Below, piece after piece: positions 25,301-32,805 of a stretch of 33,006 nt of DNA (position 1 is the stretch's first letter; each line of letters begins with the position of its first letter). The DNA is taken from positions 1 to 33,006 of the IMG/VR virus record IMGVR_UViG_3300017560_000026; one strand, given 5' to 3'. This DNA is from a virus. Its lineage: Duplodnaviria > Caudoviricetes. Both the position numbers and the translations under genes were made by a program. The notes beneath the pieces were generated by a model. It searched no databases. It saw nothing but the letters and a program-made list of their open reading frames with translations, and was not told the DNA's origin.

Positions 25301-27304
25301 ACGGCGACATTCCTGGGCCGCAAGCTGAACGAGGTGTTCAACCAGCGGTATGGCATGAACACGATCTTCGACATCTACCACGCCCGCAAGAGCGTGGCAG
25401 GTCAGTACCTTGCCGAGACGACGCAGGCGCTGCGGTCCCTGACGAAGTTCGACAACGCCCAGCTGAATGCTGCTGTAAAGGCCGTCCAGACCGGGACCCG
25501 GAATGCGGACCCGGCCATCTCCGAGGCGATGCGGACCATCGAGTCTGTCCTGTCGAGGGCGGTGGACGTGACGCCTGGTGCGAAGAGCCTTCTGAACAGC
25601 CCCCTGCTGCGTACCGAGCCGAACATCGACCACATCAACGCGATCCTCCGCCAGAAGTTCGGCAAGGAGACGGACTTCCAGTTCTCCGAGATCGAGGACT
25701 TCGGCGAGCTCGCAAACCAGTGGCGCAACTGGCAGTTCAAGGAGCCCCTGAAGGAGCTCTACGCCCTGTCGGACGCGATGGCGACCGTCGCAGAGCACCG
25801 CAGCATCGTTGGGAACTTCCTGCACGTCATGGGGAAGGAAGGGCTCGTCTCCACGTCCTACCGGCCGGGCATGGTGAAGGTCCAGAACAGCAGCAACTCG
25901 AAGTTCGCCGACCTCATCCCCGAGGGCACCTACCTCGACAAGAACGTCGCACGCGAGCTGCACAACCTCGACATCATGGTCCGCACCGACAGGAAGCTCT
26001 CCGGCGAGCTCGGAGAGTTCCTTCAGAAGAGTTTCATTCCGGCTCAGAACATCTGGAAGCAGGCGGTCACGGTCTACCGCCCCGGCCACCACGTTCGCAA
26101 CGAGCTATCGAACGACTTCATGAGCTTCGTTGCTCGCGGATCGAGCTACTGGCTGAGGAGCCAGAAGGACGCCATGAAGGTGCTCGGCCTGTCGAACGAG
26201 TACACCGGGGCGAACCTGATCGACTCCCTGACAGCCATCGTCGAGCGCATCCCTACCGGAACCGACAAGATCGTGTCCGGAAGTCGCCACTCCTTTACAG
26301 CGGATGAGATCGCCAAGCTGTTCCAGGACCACGGGCTGAAGACGACGTTCAACATCTCTGAGGACCTCATGCAGGACGTCGCTCAGGGCAAGCTCGCCGA
26401 GATCGGCACGAAGATGACGAACAGCCGTGTGGGCCAGCTGGCGGGCTCCGTGTCGCACCTCGTCGACCACAAGGGCAAGATGCAGCACTTCATCCAGATC
26501 CTCCATCAGGAGGCCACCGGCAAGGGCCGCTGGGGGAAGATCTCGAAGGACGAGCTCGTTCGGCGTGCCGTCCGCGAGGTGAAGCGCTCGCACCCGGACT
26601 CCCTGATGCTGACCCCGACAGAGGCGAAGCTCCGCTTCCTGATCCCGTTCTATACGTGGTTCGGCAAGACCCTGCCGTTCGCTATGGAATCGGCCGCCCG
26701 TAACCCCGGCCGCTTCATGACGATCCCGAAGGCGTCCTACAACCTCGCTGTGGCGACGGGCATTAACCCGAACAACCTGGCAGACCCGTTCCCGGACGAC
26801 CAGCTGTTCCCGAGCTTCGTCACCGACCAGTTCCTCGGCCCGCAGCTCCAGATCGACGGCAACTACATCAACCTGAATCCTGGCGCTCCGCAGATGGATA
26901 TGCTGGAGACCCTGTTCACTCCGGACCCGATCCAGGGCGTCCTCGGGATGACATCTCCGCTGCTCCGCGTGCCCGCAGAGCTCGCCACCGGCAGCCGCGT
27001 GGGCGGCCAGAAGATCAACGACTACAGCGACTACATCGACCAGAACCTGCCGCTCATCAACTACCTGGCGAACATCACCGGGACGAGCGTCTCCGGCTCT
27101 GCTGTGTCCGTGCTCCAGGGCCAGGGTCTCGACCCCCAAGCCCAGGTGGCGAAGGGCAACAAGGAGCTGTTCGATCAGATCCTGTCGGGCTCGAACTTCA
27201 TCTCCGGTCTCAACGCCCAGAACTGGAGCCGTCCGAGCTTCATCAACTACGCTGAGATCGAGAAGCGGAACAGGGCTTCTGGCACGGATAGGAGCGGATT
27301 CTGA
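22361..27304 (+). CDS. Large probable ejection/internal core protein, 1647 aa
   Basis: Ala-rich helical; GFVGDVGLDPLTYIPGG near N-terminus; RPGHHVRN and LIPFYTW in the C-terminal region, as seen in large podophage virion proteins. Confidence 0.7.
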   Translation: MVTFSDYYSQMAAAGSRPRQQPSAMPKYDFSGLSGAAKNTDKPYGVLDTIIDVLSRPLYGVTNAVTGVSEGIADSRESGNPIAAAGGIAAIPTNFLSSFFGTSGEEGKRTFSRVIEEQTDRHGKINDPNYEDIEDNVNPVLKGVLGFVGDVGLDPLTYIPGGLIAKAGSKAASFGKSAVKGVEDAVQARKVVDEAAPAARAVDEGEALLDDALASTPAAQRASAPVRTIEPQELTPGTVSKWASESKIPEVQSAWLDYNRKVERAAGSVSGDVAKGTFLSKTLPDAEKQLTKLYERYNAPVPRVKVPDNYDRTFTEMFGDAVKSPAAEGIRQELTNVLKMVGGEAASTAKQVPVRDWIRQNSKRNLFDAEDVPSAQLSGLLSAAGKTPIGSIARLAEITGRADLPMPIRREADSFIKRFHQRSAAQPSTTVTDALTAFAVRRQQSEDAVRQGLGQDIFNLLERKADGKSGAKAFDKIVRELGRMSDIRGDVSVLDRVSAEARDAFTASLGLPKYVKPEAGTADDVARISSSIHAAQTPADEVLLRTFGSELPIGEGFKKKYVHREGHVAYTEADRELRYGRHVRQLNSMFQYDLNKRLFAAISKRMEAVSGAPLSELKGLQRTQLYRQAFYENWEALSRSLDGLGVKLHVGVGKQEFLPMSFRDVVELTEKGFANEAAALSALFNGGTSIPPSRLMQAVHWVTTTGARGDDALEGVREILRNKKIAGYRGQVLDHDLPNFSTMKGRTAAHFLANGEKAARQFAKDIGGTVTKNPNGGWRVVTGSGGLTEHIAQAVVRVADAYAARAAENSAAYAARGLSEARSLTSSQLARIGRVLSAGTMDEQVEALAKLRAGVQEAGQEIGAFPSSVLAAEDAVKQAVGGFDVQRATYLHKAKTAVDASNVARKPAVAEASTRVSSSTGREADEIVEAGGFEDIVTPGESSTAVKARVKEGDPEVEVYDLGIMDKNYGIPELAGREGATATFLGRKLNEVFNQRYGMNTIFDIYHARKSVAGQYLAETTQALRSLTKFDNAQLNAAVKAVQTGTRNADPAISEAMRTIESVLSRAVDVTPGAKSLLNSPLLRTEPNIDHINAILRQKFGKETDFQFSEIEDFGELANQWRNWQFKEPLKELYALSDAMATVAEHRSIVGNFLHVMGKEGLVSTSYRPGMVKVQNSSNSKFADLIPEGTYLDKNVARELHNLDIMVRTDRKLSGELGEFLQKSFIPAQNIWKQAVTVYRPGHHVRNELSNDFMSFVARGSSYWLRSQKDAMKVLGLSNEYTGANLIDSLTAIVERIPTGTDKIVSGSRHSFTADEIAKLFQDHGLKTTFNISEDLMQDVAQGKLAEIGTKMTNSRVGQLAGSVSHLVDHKGKMQHFIQILHQEATGKGRWGKISKDELVRRAVREVKRSHPDSLMLTPTEAKLRFLIPFYTWFGKTLPFAMESAARNPGRFMTIPKASYNLAVATGINPNNLADPFPDDQLFPSFVTDQFLGPQLQIDGNYINLNPGAPQMDMLETLFTPDPIQGVLGMTSPLLRVPAELATGSRVGGQKINDYSDYIDQNLPLINYLANITGTSVSGSAVSVLQGQGLDPQAQVAKGNKELFDQILSGSNFISGLNAQNWSRPSFINYAEIEKRNRASGTDRSGF

Positions 27305-27939
27305 TGGCTGGCATCGTCAATCCCCTGTCGGCGCTGAGCGGGTTCCGGAACCAGCAGCTCACGCGGTTCACCAACCCCGGAAATTCTGTGCGAGCGACGA
27401 CGGCCGTGACAACCGATCAGCAGGCCCCGCAGGAGGATTTGAGCGGTTTCGGTCGGATCTCCGACAGAGCTACGAGGCAGCACAATATGTTCCTCACCGC
27501 TCTACAGGCACAGCAGGCCCGCAGGCAGCCTCAAAAGCCTCAGACGACCCAGAGTACCGGGACGCGCAGAACGGGCGGCGGAGGGTCACTGGGCGGCCGA
27601 TACAACCTGGTTGCGGGGGCCGACAGGGCTCTCCAGGGACTGAATGCTGCTTATCGTCAGCAGTTCGGTCACGATCTGAAGGTCAACTCGGGTGGTCGCT
27701 CCTACGCGGAGCAGGCTCGCTTGTACGCGCTGTACAAGGCCGGGAAGGGCAACCTCGCGGCCCCTCCGGGGAAGTCCGTCCACAACAGCGGTCGTGCCGT
27801 CGACTTCGGCGGGGCGATCCAGAACGCGGGCTCCCGCGAGCACCGCTGGCTTCAGCAGAACGCTGGCCGGTGGGGCTACAAGTGGACCGGAAAGAACTTC
27901 TCGCAGGTCGAGCCCTGGCACTGGGAGTGGCAGGGATGA
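27304..27939 (+). CDS. Virion-associated M15 peptidoglycan peptidase, 211 aa
   Basis: SGGRSYAEQ, SVHNSGRAVD and EPWH motifs after a Q/T/G linker; coupled to the 1647-aa gene. Confidence 0.8.
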   Translation: MAGIVNPLSALSGFRNQQLTRFTNPGNSVRATTAVTTDQQAPQEDLSGFGRISDRATRQHNMFLTALQAQQARRQPQKPQTTQSTGTRRTGGGGSLGGRYNLVAGADRALQGLNAAYRQQFGHDLKVNSGGRSYAEQARLYALYKAGKGNLAAPPGKSVHNSGRAVDFGGAIQNAGSREHRWLQQNAGRWGYKWTGKNFSQVEPWHWEWQG

Positions 27940-27970
27940 GGTTTCCGCTCTGAGGAGAGTCGGGACAAAG

Positions 27971-28011
27971 AAGAGGCCCTGCTCACCTATCCAGGTCGAG
28001 CAGGGCCTCTT
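27971..28011. terminator. Bidirectional terminator between convergent arms
   Basis: 14-bp perfect stem AAGAGGCCCTGCTC/GAGCAGGGCCTCTT. Confidence 0.8.
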
Positions 28012-28048
28012 ACCCCTTTTGAGATCGGAGAATCTCAGGTACAGCGTA

Positions 28049-28519
28049 TCAGAGGATCTCGTTCGCGTGCAGCCAGTACCGGCCATGCAGCCAGGCGCTG
28101 TCCTCGTCGGGTAGGTGCTTCTTGTTGCCGGTCTTCGTGACGGGCTTCTCGTAGCCGGTTATCATCATGGCGACAGAGAGCACCGAGGCGGGCTGCACGT
28201 ACACCGGAGTCTCCGTCTGCTGACCGAAGGTCTTTACAGACCCGACGACTTGCGAGGCCCAGTGCTCTGATCCGCCCTGCTTGATAGTCGGGTCGTGCGT
28301 GAATCCCTCAACGATCAGCTTGTCGATGTCGTCGTAGTCTCCCTTGAAGAGCAGGTACAGATCTCCAGAGTAATCGCTCGACAAGACCAAGGGCCGATTC
28401 GAGATGACTGGCGAGAACCAGTCGTCGAACTGGATGACGCCCCGCTCGACTTCAGCGCCGTCGTTCTCGAAGATCGCATAGCCGATGCGTTTGCCGGGGT
28501 CGATTGCGAGGATGGTCAT
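28049..28519 (-). CDS. RuvC-like Holliday junction resolvase
   Basis: ILAIDPG, LIVE, and HLPDEDSA acidic motifs; GGAGG RBS. Confidence 0.75.
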   Translation of the reverse strand: MTILAIDPGKRIGYAIFENDGAEVERGVIQFDDWFSPVISNRPLVLSSDYSGDLYLLFKGDYDDIDKLIVEGFTHDPTIKQGGSEHWASQVVGSVKTFGQQTETPVYVQPASVLSVAMMITGYEKPVTKTGNKKHLPDEDSAWLHGRYWLHANEIL

Positions 28520-28668
28520 TGGCTCACACCTCCTCGTCCGTACTTGATGCGGTCGCGGACCTTTTGGTACCACGGCCGCTTCGGGCAGGTCCGGAAGTGC
28601 TTGGGGATCTGGCCGTCGTCGAAGCCTAGGCGCTCAGCACGAGCGCACTTCCCGCAGATCATTGCCAT
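28516..28668 (-). CDS. Small Zn-finger-like basic protein, 50 aa (absent from ORF track)
   Basis: MAMICGKCARAERLGFDDGQIPKHFRTCPKRPWYQKVRDRIKYGRGGVSQ*; GGAGA RBS; ATGA overlap with resolvase. Confidence 0.65.
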   Translation of the reverse strand: MAMICGKCARAERLGFDDGQIPKHFRTCPKRPWYQKVRDRIKYGRGGVSQ

Positions 28669-28702
28669 GAGGGTTCTCCGTTCTGTGTGGGTTTGGGTTA
28701 CT

Positions 28703-30574
28703 TCAGGCTACCAGATCATAGTCGATCTCGGAACCGTCCCAATATTCGACCTCGACAGCGAACTTCACCGGGAACAGCTCTTCGCCATCCGGCGAGCAGA
28801 TGCCGTTGACGTCTTCCATCATCGCCTTGATCTTTACAGCGTACTCAGCGGCCTGGTCCTCGCGTACCTCGAACACGAGTGCGTCGTGGACCTGGAGCAG
28901 CAGACGGCAATCCTCGTTGTCGAGGTTGTCCATCACATGCACCATGACACGGTCGACGATGTCGGCAGCTCCGCCCTGGATGACGCTGTTCATGCCCTTG
29001 TAGCTCTGGCTCTTGTACTTGAAGTGGCGGTAGCGACCTGTCCACACCCGAGCCTTGAGGGTCTTCTCGACCGAGCCCGCGATGTTCTCCTCCAGCAGAC
29101 GGAACCGAGGGAACGCCCGGTAGTAGTTGCTGCGCAGGATCGTGGCTTCCTTCTTCGAGATCCCGAACGCCGACATCAGGCGTTTCACGCCGCCGCCATA
29201 CTGGATGCTGTAGACCATCGTCTTCGTCTTCTGTCGGGTCCAGCCCTCGGCGAGCTTCGGGTTGGTCTTGGCGAGCTGCTCCTTGATCTGGAGCGTCATC
29301 TCGTCGAAGATGTCCCGGCCCTCGGCGAAGACCTGCTTCAGGACAGGCTCCTGGCAGTAGGCGGTGCCGAGCCGGAGCTCCAGCTGCGAGTAGTCGGCCG
29401 ACAGGAGGACATGGCCTGGCTTCGGCACGAAGCACTTCTTGATCCTGTCGTTCCAGGGCTTCGGATCGGCTCCCTTGGAGATCTGCTGGAGGTTCGGGTT
29501 GCGCGAGCTCAGCCGCCCAGTCACCGTGACGTGCGTGGTGTACTCAGTGCGCAGCCGCCCGTCCGGGCTCGTGAGCTTGAGGTACGGATTCAACAGCAGG
29601 CCGACAGCGGTGTTCCAGCCCCGGTATTCGCGGATCAGGTGGGCGGTCGGGTTATCGTCCATCCGCTCCAGCATGGCCTCGTACTCGGGCATGACGCTCT
29701 TGTCGAAGTTGGGGGCGTTCGTCTTCTCGGAGCGCTTCAGTACCGGCAGACCGAGCTCGTCGATCATCAGCCGCTGCATGTCCTTGTTGCTGCCGGGATT
29801 GGCTCCGAGCTCTTCGATGACTCTGGCCTTCACCTCTTCGCCCTCGTCCCGCAGCTGCTCTGCGAGCTCCAGGTCGACCTGGATGCCTCGGCGGCGCATC
29901 TCGGTGAGGACGCGGATGACCTTCATCTTCGTCGCCCAGACGTCGGCGGGGAGCTGCTGCCAGCCGGGCGTGGAGCACTGCACCTCCCAGATGAGGTAGG
30001 TCAGCTCGGCGTCCACACAGGCGTACTCGAACATCATCTCAGGGGTGGTGTTCGGCCACCCCGTCTTCTTCTCGACCGCCAGCTTGAACTGGTCCTCCCA
30101 GGGCCAGACAGCGATCTTCCGTTTGCCGTCCTCCAGAGTGTAGACGGCGAGCTCATCGAGCCCTCGGCGGCCGATGGTCCAGTTCTCGTTGATGAGGTTC
30201 TGCATCGTGAGGACGTCGAAGAACGGGTTCTTGCGGAGATCCAGGCCCATGTTCAGCATCCCGATGATGTCGAACTGGTAGTTCGCCAGGATGAGCGGGC
30301 GGTGCTTGCGGGTCAGCACCCAGCGGATCTTCTTCGCCGTGAGGGCGTCGATGTTCTGCTCCTTGCCCGCCTTGTGGCGGATTCCCCAGTAGAAGCTCAC
30401 GAGCTCCTCGTCGGCACGGAACGCGATACTGATGCCGATCACCTTCGACCGACCGTCGTGCGTGTCCAGGCCGTCCGTCTCCGTGTCGATTGCGACAGGG
30501 GCTGTGGGGTTCTCGTTCAGCCAGTTGAGTACGTCATCAGATTGCCAGGCTGGGCTTGTCTCCGTCATCATCAT
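28703..30574 (-). CDS. Family A DNA polymerase with 3'-5' exonuclease
   Basis: IDTETDG exo I; TGRLSS..PNLQ; ADYSQLELR (A); RQKTKTMVYSIQYG (B); VHDAL (C). Confidence 0.95.
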   Translation of the reverse strand: MMMTETSPAWQSDDVLNWLNENPTAPVAIDTETDGLDTHDGRSKVIGISIAFRADEELVSFYWGIRHKAGKEQNIDALTAKKIRWVLTRKHRPLILANYQFDIIGMLNMGLDLRKNPFFDVLTMQNLINENWTIGRRGLDELAVYTLEDGKRKIAVWPWEDQFKLAVEKKTGWPNTTPEMMFEYACVDAELTYLIWEVQCSTPGWQQLPADVWATKMKVIRVLTEMRRRGIQVDLELAEQLRDEGEEVKARVIEELGANPGSNKDMQRLMIDELGLPVLKRSEKTNAPNFDKSVMPEYEAMLERMDDNPTAHLIREYRGWNTAVGLLLNPYLKLTSPDGRLRTEYTTHVTVTGRLSSRNPNLQQISKGADPKPWNDRIKKCFVPKPGHVLLSADYSQLELRLGTAYCQEPVLKQVFAEGRDIFDEMTLQIKEQLAKTNPKLAEGWTRQKTKTMVYSIQYGGGVKRLMSAFGISKKEATILRSNYYRAFPRFRLLEENIAGSVEKTLKARVWTGRYRHFKYKSQSYKGMNSVIQGGAADIVDRVMVHVMDNLDNEDCRLLLQVHDALVFEVREDQAAEYAVKIKAMMEDVNGICSPDGEELFPVKFAVEVEYWDGSEIDYDLVA

Positions 30575-32360
30575 CTCCGATCATCGAAATTATGTCTTGC
30601 GTGCGAAGTCCGTCGAGCTCGTCTCGCTGGAAGTACAGATGGCTGTCCCGGCTCACCTTCCAGACCTCCGTCAGGAGGGGGCGGAAGCGAGCCTTCAGCA
30701 GGTTGAGGTCCAGGTAGCCGTCCGGGTCGTTGCGATCCTCCAGGTCGAGCGCGAAGTCGATGGACGCCGAGATCTGGTACGAGCCGTAGATGTCGGACTG
30801 GTTGTTCGCCTGCTTGCGGCTGGCGGCGTCATTGGCCTTCTTGCGGTGGTGGTGGATGAAGACGAGACCGAACTTGTGGTAGCGGCGCAGCGCCTTCAGG
30901 AAGCCGAACAGCTTCTTCATCTCGTCGTCGCTGGAGATGTCCGTGGCTGCCTGGCTGAGCGAGTCGACGATCACCACGTCAGGCTTGTACTCGTCGAGCC
31001 AGCCGTCCACGAGACGCTGCCCTGCTTCCTCTGTGAAGTAGACCGGCTCTCCTCGGCCGTAGATCGTGAGGTTCTTGTTCAGGGCGGACTCCCGGTAGCT
31101 GTGAGCCAGGTGCGTCGTGAAGTGCTGGAGCTGGTAGGCGCTCATCTCGAAGCTCAGGAAGAGGACCTTTACAGGCTTCCCCGGCAGAGCGAAGTCGAGG
31201 AACTTGTTCCGCCCGCACGCGAGGTCTGCTGCGAGCTGGAGGGACAGCTGAGTCTTGCCGGTGCCAGGTCGTCCCGTTATCAATCCGAGACCTTCCTGAG
31301 TGAGCAGCCCCTCCACGAGCCAGTCGTCGCGGCCAGGGATCTGGTTGATCTGCCCGACGCTCATGAAGTCCGGCAGCTCCTCGACCTCAGGGCGCTCCTC
31401 CCTGTCGCCGTGCAGCAGCTTCGACAGGAGAGCCTTGGTCTGATCGGCGTCGTACCCGACCTTGGCACGAGCCCGGTTGACGAGCTCCTCCAGGATCTTG
31501 ATGCGATTCGAGCGGCCCTTGTACTTGCCCCACCTGTCGTCGGCGTCCAGCAGGGCGCGCATGATCCACGGGTCCTCCCACCCGAGCTCTGCGCCCTTGT
31601 ATGAGATGCGAGCGAGCGCGCCGGAGCGGTCCCAACCCTTGCCCTGAGCCTCGTCAGCCCCTGTGTCGAAGAGCTCGATCAGGTCGTCGTCCCACTCAGC
31701 CCGCGTGCGGACCTCGTCCATAGACGGCAGGTTGTCGAGGTCGATCTTCTCCCGGATGACGTCCTTCGGCGTCGGGATGTGCTCGAAGTCTCCGACAGAG
31801 TAGGGGGCGAGCTCCTCGCGGTCGACGGCCACCTTGACGGTGATCGGCTTGCGGTACTTGCGGTTCGTGCTCAGCGGCGGGCGTAGGAACTGGTTGGCGT
31901 CCCAGCCGCTCGTGTCGGCTCCGAGCGCGTAGGCCAGCGAACGGTTCAGTGTCTCGATCTGCTTGCCGCTCAGGAAGTCATCGAGCAGCCAGTACGTGTG
32001 GCGGTTCGACTCGCCGGAGGACTGCACCTCGATGGACGGCACAGGTGCCAGCTTCTCCGGCCAGGTGTGCGGGAAGTTGTTGTCGAAGTCGGCCCACGCG
32101 ACCTGAGCACCGAGGACGTCCTCGTTGCGAGACCGCATACGGCTGTAAAGGGCAGGCGAGAAGAAGACCTCTGCGCCCTCTGTCGCAGACCACTTCAGGA
32201 TGTGCCGATAGACGGCCTCTTCCTTCTGGGGCCATTGCAGGAAGAACTTGCGGACGCGACCTGCCTCGCTGTCCTTGACAGGGAGGTAGACGTAGCCCTC
32301 ATGCTCGCCCCAGATCTTGTGGAAGAAGTCCCTCAGACCGGCTGTTGCCGGATTACTCAC
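30537..32360 (-). CDS. Primase-helicase: RepB-like AEP primase fused to a RecA-like AAA helicase
   Basis: WADFD and SSGESNRHTYW primase motifs; GRPGTGKT Walker A, VVIVDS Walker B, IHHHRK, YGS. Confidence 0.85.
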   Translation of the reverse strand: MSNPATAGLRDFFHKIWGEHEGYVYLPVKDSEAGRVRKFFLQWPQKEEAVYRHILKWSATEGAEVFFSPALYSRMRSRNEDVLGAQVAWADFDNNFPHTWPEKLAPVPSIEVQSSGESNRHTYWLLDDFLSGKQIETLNRSLAYALGADTSGWDANQFLRPPLSTNRKYRKPITVKVAVDREELAPYSVGDFEHIPTPKDVIREKIDLDNLPSMDEVRTRAEWDDDLIELFDTGADEAQGKGWDRSGALARISYKGAELGWEDPWIMRALLDADDRWGKYKGRSNRIKILEELVNRARAKVGYDADQTKALLSKLLHGDREERPEVEELPDFMSVGQINQIPGRDDWLVEGLLTQEGLGLITGRPGTGKTQLSLQLAADLACGRNKFLDFALPGKPVKVLFLSFEMSAYQLQHFTTHLAHSYRESALNKNLTIYGRGEPVYFTEEAGQRLVDGWLDEYKPDVVIVDSLSQAATDISSDDEMKKLFGFLKALRRYHKFGLVFIHHHRKKANDAASRKQANNQSDIYGSYQISASIDFALDLEDRNDPDGYLDLNLLKARFRPLLTEVWKVSRDSHLYFQRDELDGLRTQDIISMIGDDDDGDKPSLAI

Positions 32361-32673
32361 CGCTCAGCCGCTCCTTCGTGGCTGCCGCAGCCATGTAGTC
32401 GGCAGCCTGGCTCATCAGCCTGTTGGCGACCTCGTTGAGTGCCTTCTGCTCGGCGGCAGGCCCGCAGATCTCGTTCCATTCGTCCGCCGTGCGCTGGATG
32501 TATGGAGCGGCCGGAAGACGCTCGGGGTCGAAGATGATCCACAGCTCGACAGGGATCTGGTCGAGCTCGTTCTTGATGCGGTCCTCGACGTCGCAGATGC
32601 AATCCTCGGAGCAGCGCAGCCAGGTGTTGCGCCCGCTGTAAAGATACCCGATAATGGTCATCGTAGGTTTCAC
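32353..32673 (-). CDS. Hypothetical 106-aa protein
   Basis: GAGGAGAG RBS then GTG; overlaps primase start by 8 nt. Confidence 0.7.
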   Translation of the reverse strand: MKPTMTIIGYLYSGRNTWLRCSEDCICDVEDRIKNELDQIPVELWIIFDPERLPAAPYIQRTADEWNEICGPAAEQKALNEVANRLMSQAADYMAAAATKERLSGE

Positions 32674-32713
32674 TGTAAAGACTCTCCTCTCTAGGGGTGG
32701 ACCTCACGAAAAG

Positions 32714-32756
32714 CAGGGGATCTCGACATTGTATCGAGATCCCCTGTTCGTGTCAG
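32714..32756 (-). promoter_or_regulatory. Promoter CTGACA-17-TACAAT with -10 in the loop of a 13-bp inverted repeat that also reads as a terminator
   Basis: -35 at 32756-32751, -10 at 32733-32728; stem CAGGGGATCTCGA/TCGAGATCCCCTG followed on the minus strand by CTTTT. Confidence 0.65.
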
Positions 32757-32805
32757 TCCCTATCTTGGCGGGGCCAGTCATCGAGACTGTACGGGAACGC
32801 TCGAC

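Larger units (their letters stand above)
79..32680. repeat. Dispersed octamer CTGTAAAG, 31 copies found
   Basis: Plus strand at 79,103,122,739,3197,6006,7682,8897,12420,15611,17529,22893,23322,25194,25473,32143,32636,32673; minus strand (CTTTACAG) at 4582,9543,10031,15159,18270,19015,19986,20711,23872,26293,28232,28832,31167. Confidence 0.95.

Noticed and set aside
22451-26092. 1213-aa antisense ORF inside the giant gene
   Set aside because: Shadow ORF from high-GC3 codon bias on the sense strand; no RBS or protein-like motifs. The same applies to 7636..9153, 9917..11209 and 13232..14599.
28295-31604. 803-aa and 390-aa plus-strand ORFs opposite polymerase and primase
   Set aside because: Antisense shadows of clearly recognisable minus-strand genes.
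79-32680. CTTTACAG copies as functional -35 boxes (TTTACA) or as L5-type stoperators
   Set aside because: The two copies I checked (103, 122) have no -10 at 17 nt, and orientation does not follow transcription direction.
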